Positions 1-16,300 of a stretch of DNA of 64,000 nucleotides are shown piece after piece; positions within the stretch are counted from its first letter, which is position 1; each line of letters opens with the position of its first letter. The position numbers and the translations under genes are program-made. Source of the DNA: Chrysomallon squamiferum. Lineage: Eukaryota > Animalia > Mollusca. The stretch covers positions 32,674,001 through 32,738,000 of the forward strand of contig CM022670.1 of the NCBI GenBank assembly GCA_012295275.1, given 5' to 3'. A model generated the notes under the pieces. That model searched no databases. It worked only from the letters and a program-made list of their open reading frames with translations, and had not been told where the DNA came from.

Positions 1-3316
<3,316 letters not shown>

Positions 3317-6300
3317 GGCAAACAGAGTGAGAGTGTTTCTCTTAATGTTATCTCAGTGTTTATAACCAGATACTGTGTGAAAAGAAACAACAGCATAAAA
3401 ACAACACATGGAAAACACAAAACAACACAAAACAAATACAAACAAAAACAAACAATAGCCATGAATGTGCAAGCAGAAAACTAAAACTAAACTTTGCCAA
3501 ATGAGTGCACAGCTGTCTGTTGAATTTTGCTTGCATGACTCAGGGAATTGAGAACAGGTGAAAAACAAAATCAACGAACTCTACATAGCTTGAATGGCTT
3601 CTCCAAAACAGAAAACGACACAACAACAACAAAAGAGAAAAGAAAAATATAGATAATACAACAATTATTATCTTTGAAACAAACAAACAAACAAAAACAA
3701 AAATTCTTGCTCACATCAGTAATCATGTGATCTCTAGTGTGGTGTTATGTTAGTTTTTCATCAGATTGTTTTTTAAAATTGATGTTAATCACCATCAAAA
3801 CATTGTAGACATGCAACAACAATAAAATTAACAGCCATGGTAGCAAGTGACTGCTTTAACAGGGAAGGGAGACAACTCCAATGACTTGGAGTCCCTGACC
3901 TTTACACAGTGTAGAGTTAATGCTAATTTAGTGAAATGACTAAGACATTGTTTTGTAGTATGTGTGAATGTGTGTGTGTGCGTGCGTGTGTGTGTGTTAA
4001 ATGTCTCAGTTTATCATGTGACTTGACTGATCAGATTTGATCCGTCTTGTAAGTATGCTTATAATTAAGCATATTGTTTAATTTATTGTATCAGACTTTG
4101 CAACAAGTATTGGAATGGGTATTTCTGGAAGCTGTGATAATTTTACTTCCTCTAACAGAGAAATTGTTTTTAAATGCAATGTTTATAGATTTCAGTGGTT
4201 GTAAGTTTGTTTGATGGAAAAAGAAGAAAAAAATCACATTTTTTTTCTTTTCATTTTATGCTTTTCATCCAGATAGTTCAGCTACCAGAAAACAAGAATT
4301 TTACTAAATGTTAATATCATTTCTAACACTGATGATCATTTATAAGCACTAGTTTCATTATTTTTATCTTGACACCTCAGTCATGACATTTGCTCTTGTT
4401 CATCATCAAATAGTCTTTTAAAACCTAAATTACAACTGTTTGATTAATTAAATATGGCTCCTCAGTCATGATTATTTAATTCCATTTAATATATTTTCAT
4501 TTCTGATAAATGAATCTTACAGTCTTATCATAATCCACTGAATTCTTTTGCAGCTTCATTATCAAAATCAAATAATTTATTAGAATTGGAAAAATTTAGT
4601 GAAATATTTATTAAAATCGCCTTTTAAATTTTAATTTGTTTAAAGATAAAAATGAAACATTCTGATAATTTAAAAGAAATTTTAAAATTATTATTTAAAA
4701 ATTATCACAAGGTGGAAGGAAAAAATTAGGGACTCTTTGAAAATATGTTATATAGTGATCATCATAACTTGAGGTTGTGCCATTTTTAATATGAACTTGG
4801 AAATAATAAGACAAATATGCACACACACTGACTTACTTACATACAAAGACAATATGTGCATACACAGAAACAAATCTACTGACTTTTTATGACATCACAA
4901 TCATTTACCCTTTCACAATACAAAAACAAAATCATGACAAAACAGTTAACACAACATTATCATGACTTTGTCAACTGTTGATTCTATCTTTTTTTTCATG
5001 ACATTGAATTCATCACCTGAGATATGTATTACCCTTCTCATGATTCCAAATTGTAACCCTTTTTTTTTTCTTGTGATTCCAGAAACATTTCATGATTTAC
5101 CCTGGAAAAAGCTTTTGTTACTGACCTGATTCAGATGTGATTGTCCCTTCCATATCATCAAATCATTTCTGTAAATAGTTACACTTGTTCCTAAAATATT
5201 AACTGAAAATAAAAGAAAGTAGATATCATTTTAACATAATCCTAGAATTAAAACCCAGAGCACTTACAAATTCATTTTGAAGTTGTTGTTATATTTTATT
5301 ATTATTTTAAAAAAAAATTAATAATAAAAATAAAAATAAGGTTTAGGTTAGTTTTGTTTTCACCTGGATGTTGTTTCTGTTCATTTATTTAATTTATATC
5401 TAATTGAGCAAGGTTGTCATGGTGATCACTGATGTAATTAGTTTCTCTGTTAATTTTATAAATTTTTATTATAATTAACCTTTTTTGTTTTTAAACAATA
5501 TTTTAAAGAGAAACTAAATTGGTTTGTTAAGAATTACAAATGTTTTTCACTAACATGTTGAAGATAAAAGTCAGATTTAAAATATTAATACTTTAGTACC
5601 TTCTTTTTTTTAATATTAATAATTTAGTTATTAGAATTATGTTTAGTTATTGGTATTAATTGTTACCTTTAGTTATTTTGTTGTTTTTCTTTAAAAAAAG
5701 GGTTTAACAATACATGTAAATGAATACTGAGATTTCGTGAACTATTCATAACAACTGAGGAAAAAAAACAAAAAAAACAAATGTGAATGTGTATGTGACA
5801 AAAATAACATCAGTAAGGAAATGTTAGATGTGTATGAGTGTCATTATTAGTATTGGCAGTATCGCTACTAATACATTTAAGAAAAACTGAAATGTTAATA
5901 GCTACACTTGTTTTGCACTTGTACAGTTCCCTCGACTTTAATTCCTAGCATAATAGTGAAAGTTTTATGTATGCTGAATGTAAGGTGGAAACTCAAGGGT
6001 TAAAAAAGAATCATTTTGTTAATTTATTAACTGTTTTTAAAAAAAAAAAAAATTATTATTATTATTATTATTATTATTATTGTGCATGTAACTGTTTAGT
6101 TTTGAGTTTAGTATTGTTACTTTAACAATTAACAAAACCCTGACATTCACTTTTGTTGAGATACACAGTGGATATTTTTCACTTTTCGTGTTGAATGGAA
6201 CAAAAACAATTCACATACACAATTTGCTTTGAATTAACTAGTTAAATAGCATATTTAAGGCAATTTAGGACAATGATAAGGAGCTGTTTAATGTAAGATG

Positions 6301-7014
6301 CTTTTAACTTTTTCCAAAAGCTGATTGTTTAAACCAGTTGTTGAATTTTTTTTTTTTTTTTAATTTTCAGTTTTGCATAATTTAAAATATTGTTAATAAA
6401 TGTTGTTATTTTAGATTGATATTGCAATCTTTGTGTTATTATGATAAAGAAACATCAATTTGCAGACTTTGTTACTAACGTAATATGTTATTTTTTCGGG
6501 ATTGTTTGTAATTATAACTCAAGATTTCAAATGCTTCTATTCTGCACATTGTCTACTGGTTTCCTCAAATTCTTATTCAGTTTCAGGAATTTCCTTTTCT
6601 ATTTTTTTTCTTATTATTTTCTTTTTATTTATCTGTGATATGATTTTGATTTAAAATGCATAAAATTGTTAATCTGTTATTATGTTATTGGAAGGTACCA
6701 TTAAGAACTGCATTTAATGGTAAAATATCAGATTAACCTTTTAAATCTCAATTTTTAATGATTAAAAACCAATTATGTTATTACAAAAGATTGCATGAAT
6801 GTATTCAGGCAGCTAGTTTTTGGTAGACAATACCATAATATTTTGTGAATCAAATAGTGCTCTAAACTGCATCAGTGCAATAGGAATATGTTCCTGTATT
6901 CGCTGATGCAAATCTTTTAACTGTAAATCTTCTGTTACTTGTTTTAAACCAAAATCTAGCACTGCACATGACTGTTGACTATTTACTCACTAATTGTGTT
7001 AGATGTTGAAAGAA

Positions 7015-7048
<34 letters not shown>

Positions 7049-10000
7049 GAATTCTTGAAAAAATGAGTGAAGAGAGAGAAATATTAACAAAAAAATGTAA
7101 TGAATGCTATATGTTCCAAATAACATAATGGTTTTAAATCTTTAACTGACTCATAAAATTTAAAAGATAAAAAATAACTAATTATCTTCTTTTAAATTAT
7201 TTTTATTATTATTACATTTATTATTAATATTATTATTTAAAATTATTATTCTGTTAGTTATTATTTTTAAATTAATATTTTATTATAATTGTTTTTTAAA
7301 AAGATTCCTGCATATATTATTAATATTTATCAGTTGTATAATTAATAACATTATAAAAATTAAATTATTTCTAATTTGTAGTCACAGACTTGAAAACAAT
7401 CAGAAAACACCATGTCAGACTACACTCAAACCAAAATAGTCCTTTCAGTTCAGAAGAAGAAAAAAAGAATACTAATATTTATTTGATCCTCTTCAAAAGT
7501 TTCTTTTTTGTATTAAAATTGCTAGACAAAACATTGTTACTTTTCTAGAATTTATGTCCCATCAACTTACAGCAAATTTATCTGAGTAAAGTATTTATTG
7601 GAATAAAATAGAATTTTCTGGTAATTCCCCATTTCAAATCGATGTTTTTAACAAATTTAAAATAAAATCTTATGTTATTTAACTACAAGATTACATAGTT
7701 CTGTTAAAAAAGCATTTTGGAGAGGTTATTATTATTATTATTATTACATTTTAGATTAAGAACAACAATTTTATAAGAAAGAATCAAAATATAATAAATG
7801 TATAGCTAATATTAACTCTATGAATATATCGTATAAACAACTGTACACATTTTTGACAGTTACAATGCAGTGAGTGGGTGATTAATGTAACTGACAATTT
7901 TTATTATTTTCATTTTTAAATCTGCAATGTTAAAAATGTTTTATAAGGTAAAAGTATTGTTTCTCAGCAATGTTATTTTTCAGTAGAATGAACAAGTTAC
8001 TAGTCATTTTGCTGTGTTATTATTAATCAGGTGATACTCCCGTAAAAACAAAACAAAATCCTTCCCATGGTTCTCCTCTGAGAACTTGCTCATATTTGCA
8101 ACAATTAAAATCCTTTTAATTGAAAATGTGTTTTGTTGTTCTTGCTTTATGTGTCATTTTGTGGTTGTTTTGATGCTGCATATTTTAATGAAAGATTAAA
8201 AACTGCAGTTTGATTAAGATTTATAAATAAGTATGATGATGTAAAGTATAAACAAGCCCATGTAATGCATTCTTTGGGAGAAACAGGAATAATTGAGTTT
8301 TTCTTAATTAATCATATCTTCAAGATAATTCACATAAACAGACAAATTGGTGTAACCATCTGAATTATGGAAATAAAAGCCAAGTTAACCATGAATAAAC
8401 ATTATTTTTGACTCCTAACACTTAACAATGATAATAAACTGCTAGTCACACATTTCTGCTACACAATATGATTTGTGAGGGAAATCAGTCACTGCTAACA
8501 GTAAGATGCCTTTTACCTGACATTTAAAAGCATGAAATGATTGACCTTATCTAGTATTATGCAGCGAATCTCTGGTAATGTGAAGAAGTAATATAAATAT
8601 ATTCTGCTCATTTCCAAATCAGATTTGGTTTTTGTAGACATATCTTAATTAATAATGAAGTATAACAAAAGAGTAGAGATTAAGAATACCATGGTGCCAC
8701 CAGTTTTTTTTGTGTTTATGATCTCATTATGTACATGATGGAAAATTCTGCTCTTAAGTTTCTTCTTTCTTATGTTTGAAATAATACAGATACTGGTCCA
8801 CAATGTTATTAAGAGGTTAAATGGTGGTATTCAAATATTTTTTAACAGTATTTTTTTTTTACTGTCATCCTTTGTTAAGAGTGATGATAAAACAATAAAT
8901 TAATAACCTGGAAGTATAAATAAGTTTATTCATAAATCTAAACAGACTGCTTCAAAACAGATTTTATGAAAGTTGTTATTATTTTAATAGATTTATAAAT
9001 TGTTTTCTAATTACATCATTCAAATTAATGTTTATTTAAACAATTAAAAAAATATATATATATGTATAAAAAAAAACAAGTAAAATACTAAAAATGTGTT
9101 TAATGCAGAGACACAAATTTTTCAATTTCATTATTATAGCCCATTTAAAAAAAAAAAAAAAAAAAATGGTTCTATGGGCATCAGATTATTTATCAGGCTT
9201 CCAGAAACATCACTTAAGAGGTGTTTTAATTTGCATCTGTTAAATACAATTTTGTTCTTTACTTTTGATTATTTCACATCACAAATGTATACTTGAAGTC
9301 TTGGTAGAGAAAACTAAAATACTGAAATCCAGGTCACCTGTGGTCCCACACTTACTAGGTAAATGATCTAACATAACTAATAAATATTTATATTTATTCC
9401 ATTTTTTAAATATTAAATGTCATTAATGCCTCTTTTATTCACAGTTAAGTTTTCTGTTTCTAGAAAAGAGATATTTCATTATTTGTAATATTTTACAACT
9501 TATCTATAAAATATATTTTTGTAGTTGCATTTAATTCATAATGGACTAATTATTTCAAAGCAGGAACAAAAAGCATGCATAAATTCTAATCTTACAAGAA
9601 AATAACAGTGTTATTTACTTTTAATCTGTAATTATGTGAAAAAATAAATTCAGGGACTATTAAAATACTGTTCTGCTTTTGTTATGAACCCTGAGTTTTT
9701 TTGTTTTTTAAATCATTGTTCTCTTTTGAAGAGATAAAAAAAAAACGTATTTCTCAAATATTTAGTGAAGAAAACAGTGATAAAATAGTCTAAAAGTCAA
9801 TTTTTCAAAGAAATCATTAACATAATGTGATTCTGTAAAATCTCTGAAATACTGTCAGAGACACTTTCAAGTGAACTTTGCATATTTTCCATCCCATGAA
9901 AGTTCAAACTGCTTTAGCCAAATAAAATTGTTCAAACTAATGCATTCTTTCCTTTTTTTGAAATTTAAACTTTCTATTTGCCCTCAGTATAATGGATTCT

Positions 10001-13000
10001 TCAATAATCAGACTTTATCACTCAAAGTTGAAAATAAAATCAATTTTTATCTGTTAAAATAAATATTACTTTTAGAAATTATTTACTCAGTTGAACTGGT
10101 TTGCTAGGCAGATAAAATTTCTGACTAGTTATTGCTGATGTCTACTGTTACAAATGTCAATGCTATCAGTGTAACAAAATATTAAATAAATAAAAAAAAA
10201 AAAAATTTTTTAATTCTTTACAACATGATCATCAGAGTCCTACTTTTAAATATTATCAATATATTTCACAGGTAGTCAGTACAACATAACTAACATTTTA
10301 TTTATTTTCAAACAATATTAAACCTAAGTAGTTAAGTGTCAGCCTTTTTTTTTTAAATAGTAAATAAAAATGTAAATAAATAAATGAAAAATAAGAACAA
10401 CAACAACAACAAAATTTTGTTAATCTAAAAACTGTATCGAGAATTTAAGATGAAATTAAAGAAAAAGAAACATAGCATATCTCTCTAAACAATAAGCCAT
10501 ATAAATGTTAGTATTTTCTTCATTAAATACGTTAAAATGTACAAGTATTTATAAAAATAAACCACAGTAATTTATTATAAGTATTTCCATAAAGTATAGT
10601 ACTTAGTTAAAAATTTTGCATTTCATCCTGCTATTGCAGTTTGCTGTAAAAGGATATATACTGAACAAAAACGTTTTGGATCACAAAAATATTTAACATA
10701 TATGAATAATTGATATAAAAAGCAAAACTACTTTATACATCATAGACAGATGATTTCTAAAATAAAAATTCAGTATCACAAAATATTAACATATGTATGA
10801 ATAACTAATATAAAAAGTAAGGCTAATTTTTAACCAGAATTTACTCTCAGTTATGATTTTATGTAAAAAAATGCTATCTGTCAAAACACATATTCAATGA
10901 TCCCTAAATATTTTTGTTCAGCATATTATATTAATTAATAACAACAAAATACATCTTTGATAAATAAACAAATAAAAAGTTTTGTGACTAATAATTAATT
11001 TTCACATTCAAAAAATATCACAAGTTATAGAATGCCCATATTTTTTAAAGTTTAAAAAACATGTTTTAAAAAAATCTTTAAAATTACTATAAAGCTGCCA
11101 TGTTATGGTTAAATACTTAGCAAAATGGTAATTTTATTTTAGAAGCTAGTAGTTATTGAGCAAAAACAAATCTATAATATATACAAAGAAAAAGAATTGA
11201 ACATAAATATTATATCATGTTTTCAATCAGTTTATGTATGTCACATATCTGTCATTTCATCTACTTACTTATTTACATAAATACAAAATATTTTATACTC
11301 TTAGATCCGAGTAGGTCTTAAGTTCAGTCATTTTATCTAATTATTTATTTTTCAAATCCAAAATATTTTTACACTTATATCTAGATAGATCTCAAATTCT
11401 ATCACTGAATTTATTTTTTAAACATAATTCTTGTTTAACATATTTTTATTAACTTTAATTTTGAGAAGTTAAATGTAATAGTTTTTTTTACTTAGCTTCA
11501 AAAATAATTTCAGAAATAGATGGATTTTAATAATAATATTAATAATAATAATTTTTATTATTATTACTTTTATTGATATTAAATATTAATACAATCTTCA
11601 GAACATGATCTATATTTCACTAATGAAGCAATCAACTTGACTTTCTTATAACACACATATATCTTAATAACACCATCAGAATACTTTCTAAACTATCTTA
11701 TTTCCACAGTGAATTATATTTTATAAAAAGACAAAATACAAATACCCTAAAACCTTTTGATTCTGATGCATTTTGATTTGAACAGCAGTTTGGTAATATT
11801 TAACATATATATACCACAATCTCTACATCAGAGTCACCCATTGCTTACAGTAAAAATAAACACATAATACTGTTACAAAATCTGGTACGGATGATTTATA
11901 TAATGAAATATATAGTATTTTTGTGGTTATTTAGTAAAGAAACACTTGAATTTGATTAGCTTCACATTTACAAAAATAAAATACTGACAGTGCCCTTAAT
12001 ATTATGTGCTATGTTTTGCTGTTAACAACAAGAGCACCAATATTTATCAATTTTATACTATAGTTAATAGAACATTAAGTGTATCTAATCATAAATACTG
12101 ATAAAGTCAAATTGTATCGTTTTTTAAAACAACTTTAAGTGCACCAATTTTACTAAATAGATATTTCAAACAAATAATGATAGACTAAATAATGAGGAAT
12201 ACTAAATGAATATTACAACAAATGATAATAGTGTTTGTACTGATCACTTGTTTCTAGCAATCAGATTTAGCAAGACAAAAAAATAAATAGGTTACGTATT
12301 TTTTAAAAATAATTTAATTATATAATTTTTTTTTAAAACTGCTTATGTGATTTATTAAACTCTGAAATGTTATATTCAAAATGTATAATTTAAAAAAAAA
12401 AAATATGTGCTTCACTATTAATAACTTTGTAATAGCTGGTTTCAAACATAAAAAATTTCTCAAATTTTTTTTGTTAAATCATGTATAACAAATACAAACA
12501 ATTCTGCTGCAACAAAAACACTGTGTCTAATTGCAAGTAATTTAATAAAATGTTTAAAAATAGTAAATAAATAAATAAATAATAAAAATAATAAATGAAT
12601 TAAATAAACTATTAAAATACAACATTTGCTTAGGAATTAAAATGTCTACATAAACTATCAACTGATCTATTTGAACACATCACAAGCAATATTTGTTTTT
12701 TGGATTTAATTATAAAAATATTTTCATACTGCACTAAATAATCATCAATTAACCTTTTAATTTTGATATCCCTGTGTAAATCTTTGACATTAAATTCTTG
12801 TCGAGTAATTTATAATAAATTTAAAAATGTATTTAATTTGTTAAAAACTGATGTTTTAAAGATATAAAGCAAAATTATAAAAATAAGAAACAAATCTAAT
12901 CTAAAAGAAAACTCAGGCATTGAAAAGTTATAAAAATAAGCATTCACATAATAAGCAACAAATCTAATATAAAAGAAAACTCAGGCATTGAAAAGTTATA

Positions 13001-13383
13001 ATATAAAAACCCAAACAATCTTTAGTTTCATATTTACTGAAATTTTAAAATTAGAATAAATAAACAAAAAAGATAAGTAAAAATATTATCTTTTTTCCAT
13101 ATTAATGCCAGTTTTAAAATTTTTTAAATACAACTAAAGCTAGTGTAACATGGTGGAATAATAGATTTTGCAAATCATTTAAAGAATGCATGAAAACAGA
13201 CACAATGAATTAACATTCTGGAAAAATTATAAAATAAAACATACAACATGATGATATACATCATTAAAACATCACAACCTATTTTGTATAGTTTACAAAA
13301 TAACAATCTGTATAATTTATAAAACAATTATGTACAAGATTTTTGTACAATGTCACAGCCTTTTATTATTTGTTCAGTGTTTG

Positions 13384-16300
13384 TTATAAAACAATACAAA
13401 CAGCACACTTGGCAACATGAACTTGTTCAACAGTGGTAGCCTGTGCAGCAGATGCATTTTGCAGGGTGGAGTTCAAACTTGGTGTAGTTGTGTCCCATGG
13501 TGCAGGTGGGGCCAGATCCAACTCAGGCTCTGATCCACTTTCCAGACTGTTGTCAGCAAACAACCAGCTGACAGTGTCAGTCTCTTTCATTGTCTTGGCA
13601 ACAGTTGTGTCTATGCAAGGGGAGAAAACTGGTGTCACATGAACAGACAGTCTCTGAATAATTTCACTGTATTTGTCTTCAAGGTCTGCATGGATTCCTG
13701 TACCACCGTGGCCTCCAACACCTTGAACAAAACAATACTGATCACAATATCGTCCAGATCCAATTAAATATTTTTAAAGAATGAATGTATGAGTGTGTGT
13801 GTGTGTGCATCAGTGTGTGCATGTGTGTGCGTGTGTGTGTGTGTAATAGCTGAAAACAAAAATATTGCTGTGGAGAATTAAGAACTAAACAGAAACCTCC
13901 AGAGCACTGTTGACTGCTGTTGTCTTAGAAGGAATGAAGCAACTGTTATCTAAACATAAAAAGTAACTAATTTTAAGATATTTATTCCTACCTTTCATAT
14001 TTATGTAAGCTAACTGTGAGAATATGACTGCCATGCCACCTGGTGGAGGCCACATAATGTTTTCAAACATGATGGGAATCACAGGTTTGTGTAGGATATC
14101 AGCAAGGCTAAGTTCCCGGTTGCAGTGATGAGAAACAACATACTTGGGTGTTATACATGCTATCACAACCTGCAAATAACAGTGTTAGATGTCTGTGTAA
14201 GATCACATTGTTTAAATATTGCATTACACAGATTTTGAGTACTTTAAATATATTGATCATAACTCCATGTTTAGAACAGAATGCAATTTTCATTTTCTCT
14301 TTTCCTGAAATACAGAAAGGCTTAGGTCATGAAGTTAAATAAATTTAATTAATTTTAACTTAAATTTTAGGTTTTGCTGAGAGAAAGAAAACACACTAAA
14401 ATAAAAATTAAAAATACGTAAATTAACAGTAAACAAAATTAAAAACAAATAAAAAATAATAAAAATCCCAAACAACTAATTTTGATTACTGTGACTTCAC
14501 CCAAACAACCCACCTTACTCTTGCGAATACCATCATCTATTTTTACATTCAGCAGATCCCCAGCCCCCATCTGACCAATGTCCATCCAGCAGGAGAAACC
14601 TGCCCTCTCCAAGTGATCTCTGAGAGCCTGGACATCATCCTGTATATCCCACTGGTAACTTATAAACACCTGGGCAGGTGCAATGCCATTTTCTGTAACA
14701 CAAATACCCCTATAATTATATTTCTCTGTTTTTTAAGAAAGAGTTTTTCTAAAAGGTAATAAAAATGTTCCCCAAAAAACCTATGCAATTATAAATTAAA
14801 ATTTTGTTAAAAACTGAAATCAGAGTGAACTTTATCTATTGATTGCTATGTATCTACAAATTATAAATGATAAAATTTAGATGTTATATTCTGCTTGAAA
14901 AATTCAAAATGTGATATAAAACTGAATAATGCCTGAAAAATAGTTAAATTTCAACTATATCAGTTCTGTCATATCAACGTTTGATTCTGTTTCTTAGTTG
15001 CTATGAGGTCCCACAGTGAGAATACTGTTTTATGTTTACATACAAATAAAAAAACAAAAAAATAAATAAATAAAAAATAATAATAATAATTAAAAAAAAA
15101 AAATAATAATAATAATAATAACAAAAAAAAAAATAATAATATTAATAAATTGTATCTTTCTTTCAGATATAAAATGTTACCTTTAGCTCTCTGAATAATG
15201 TCGACAATGTCGTCTCTGCTGAGTTGTTCGAGATAGACACACAGCAAGTCGACAGAGAGATTGGTGTTACCACTGCTCAGTATCCAGTCTGTGAGCAGAA
15301 CCAGCGAGGGGTTCAAGTCTTCGTTGATCTTGTCTATCTGACTCAGCTTGTAACCTGAGCAAATAACATTTCTTTTAGAACTAAATAACTCATCAAAGTA
15401 TATTTATTTCAATTAAAATCATCCATAATACAGGTAGAAAGATTTGAGAAATCTTCAATACATAGCTGTAGTTAAAGAAAACATTATTTAGTAAAATTAA
15501 AAGATACTGTTATTATTTTCTGTTCTTTCTATTAATTTACAAATAAAACCTTTTTTTCATTATCCTAAAATACAACATTTATGAATGTCTAGTATTTAAA
15601 AATCTTCATATGGTTGATTTGCAACCTGCATTAGACTAGAATTTATTAACTATATTATGTTTATTAATGTTATTTTCATAATTATATTTGAACAATAAAA
15701 ATTAAACAATCATCTGAAATATTAGACTCCTAATAAATGTCTGGATAAATAGATAAATATCATATTTTATTTCAGAAACACACCCATAAGCTTAGCAAGA
15801 GCAATCCAGTCTTGGTTTTCATCACCCCCATTCAACAGCTTAGCTGCTCCTTTCATCCAGATTGGTAAATCAGGTACATTCTTTTCTATATTTCCTCCAG
15901 CTTCTTGTAGGCACAGTGGTGGAACAATAGGCTGATGAAAATCTTCATTAAATAAGTAGATAAATAAGAATTAAATAAATAGATAAATAAGAATTAAATA
16001 AAAAGATAAATAACAATGACAGTAGTTTTATTAATAATAATAAATATAATAATGATAATAATATTAATAATAATTATAACAATAAAACAGTTTTTTTTAT
16101 TATTAAATAGGTTTTTCGTTCTTTATTTCTTTTTCAAAAAATAAAAAATAAATCTGAATAATTCTATAAAAGAAAAAAACAAGACATTTTTATTTTAAAA
16201 TATTTCTGTCTTGATTTTTTTTAAAAAAAGAAAAGAAAAAAGAGTTTTAATGATGAGGATGATTATTATTAGTTTTGCCTAGATGGAATTAAGAAGCTTA

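Noticed and set aside
12889-13001. Two ~45-bp direct repeats (CAAATCTAAT.TAAAAGAAAACTCAGGCATTGAAAAGTTATAA)
   Set aside because: Only two copies, an ordinary local duplication; not a CRISPR-like array.
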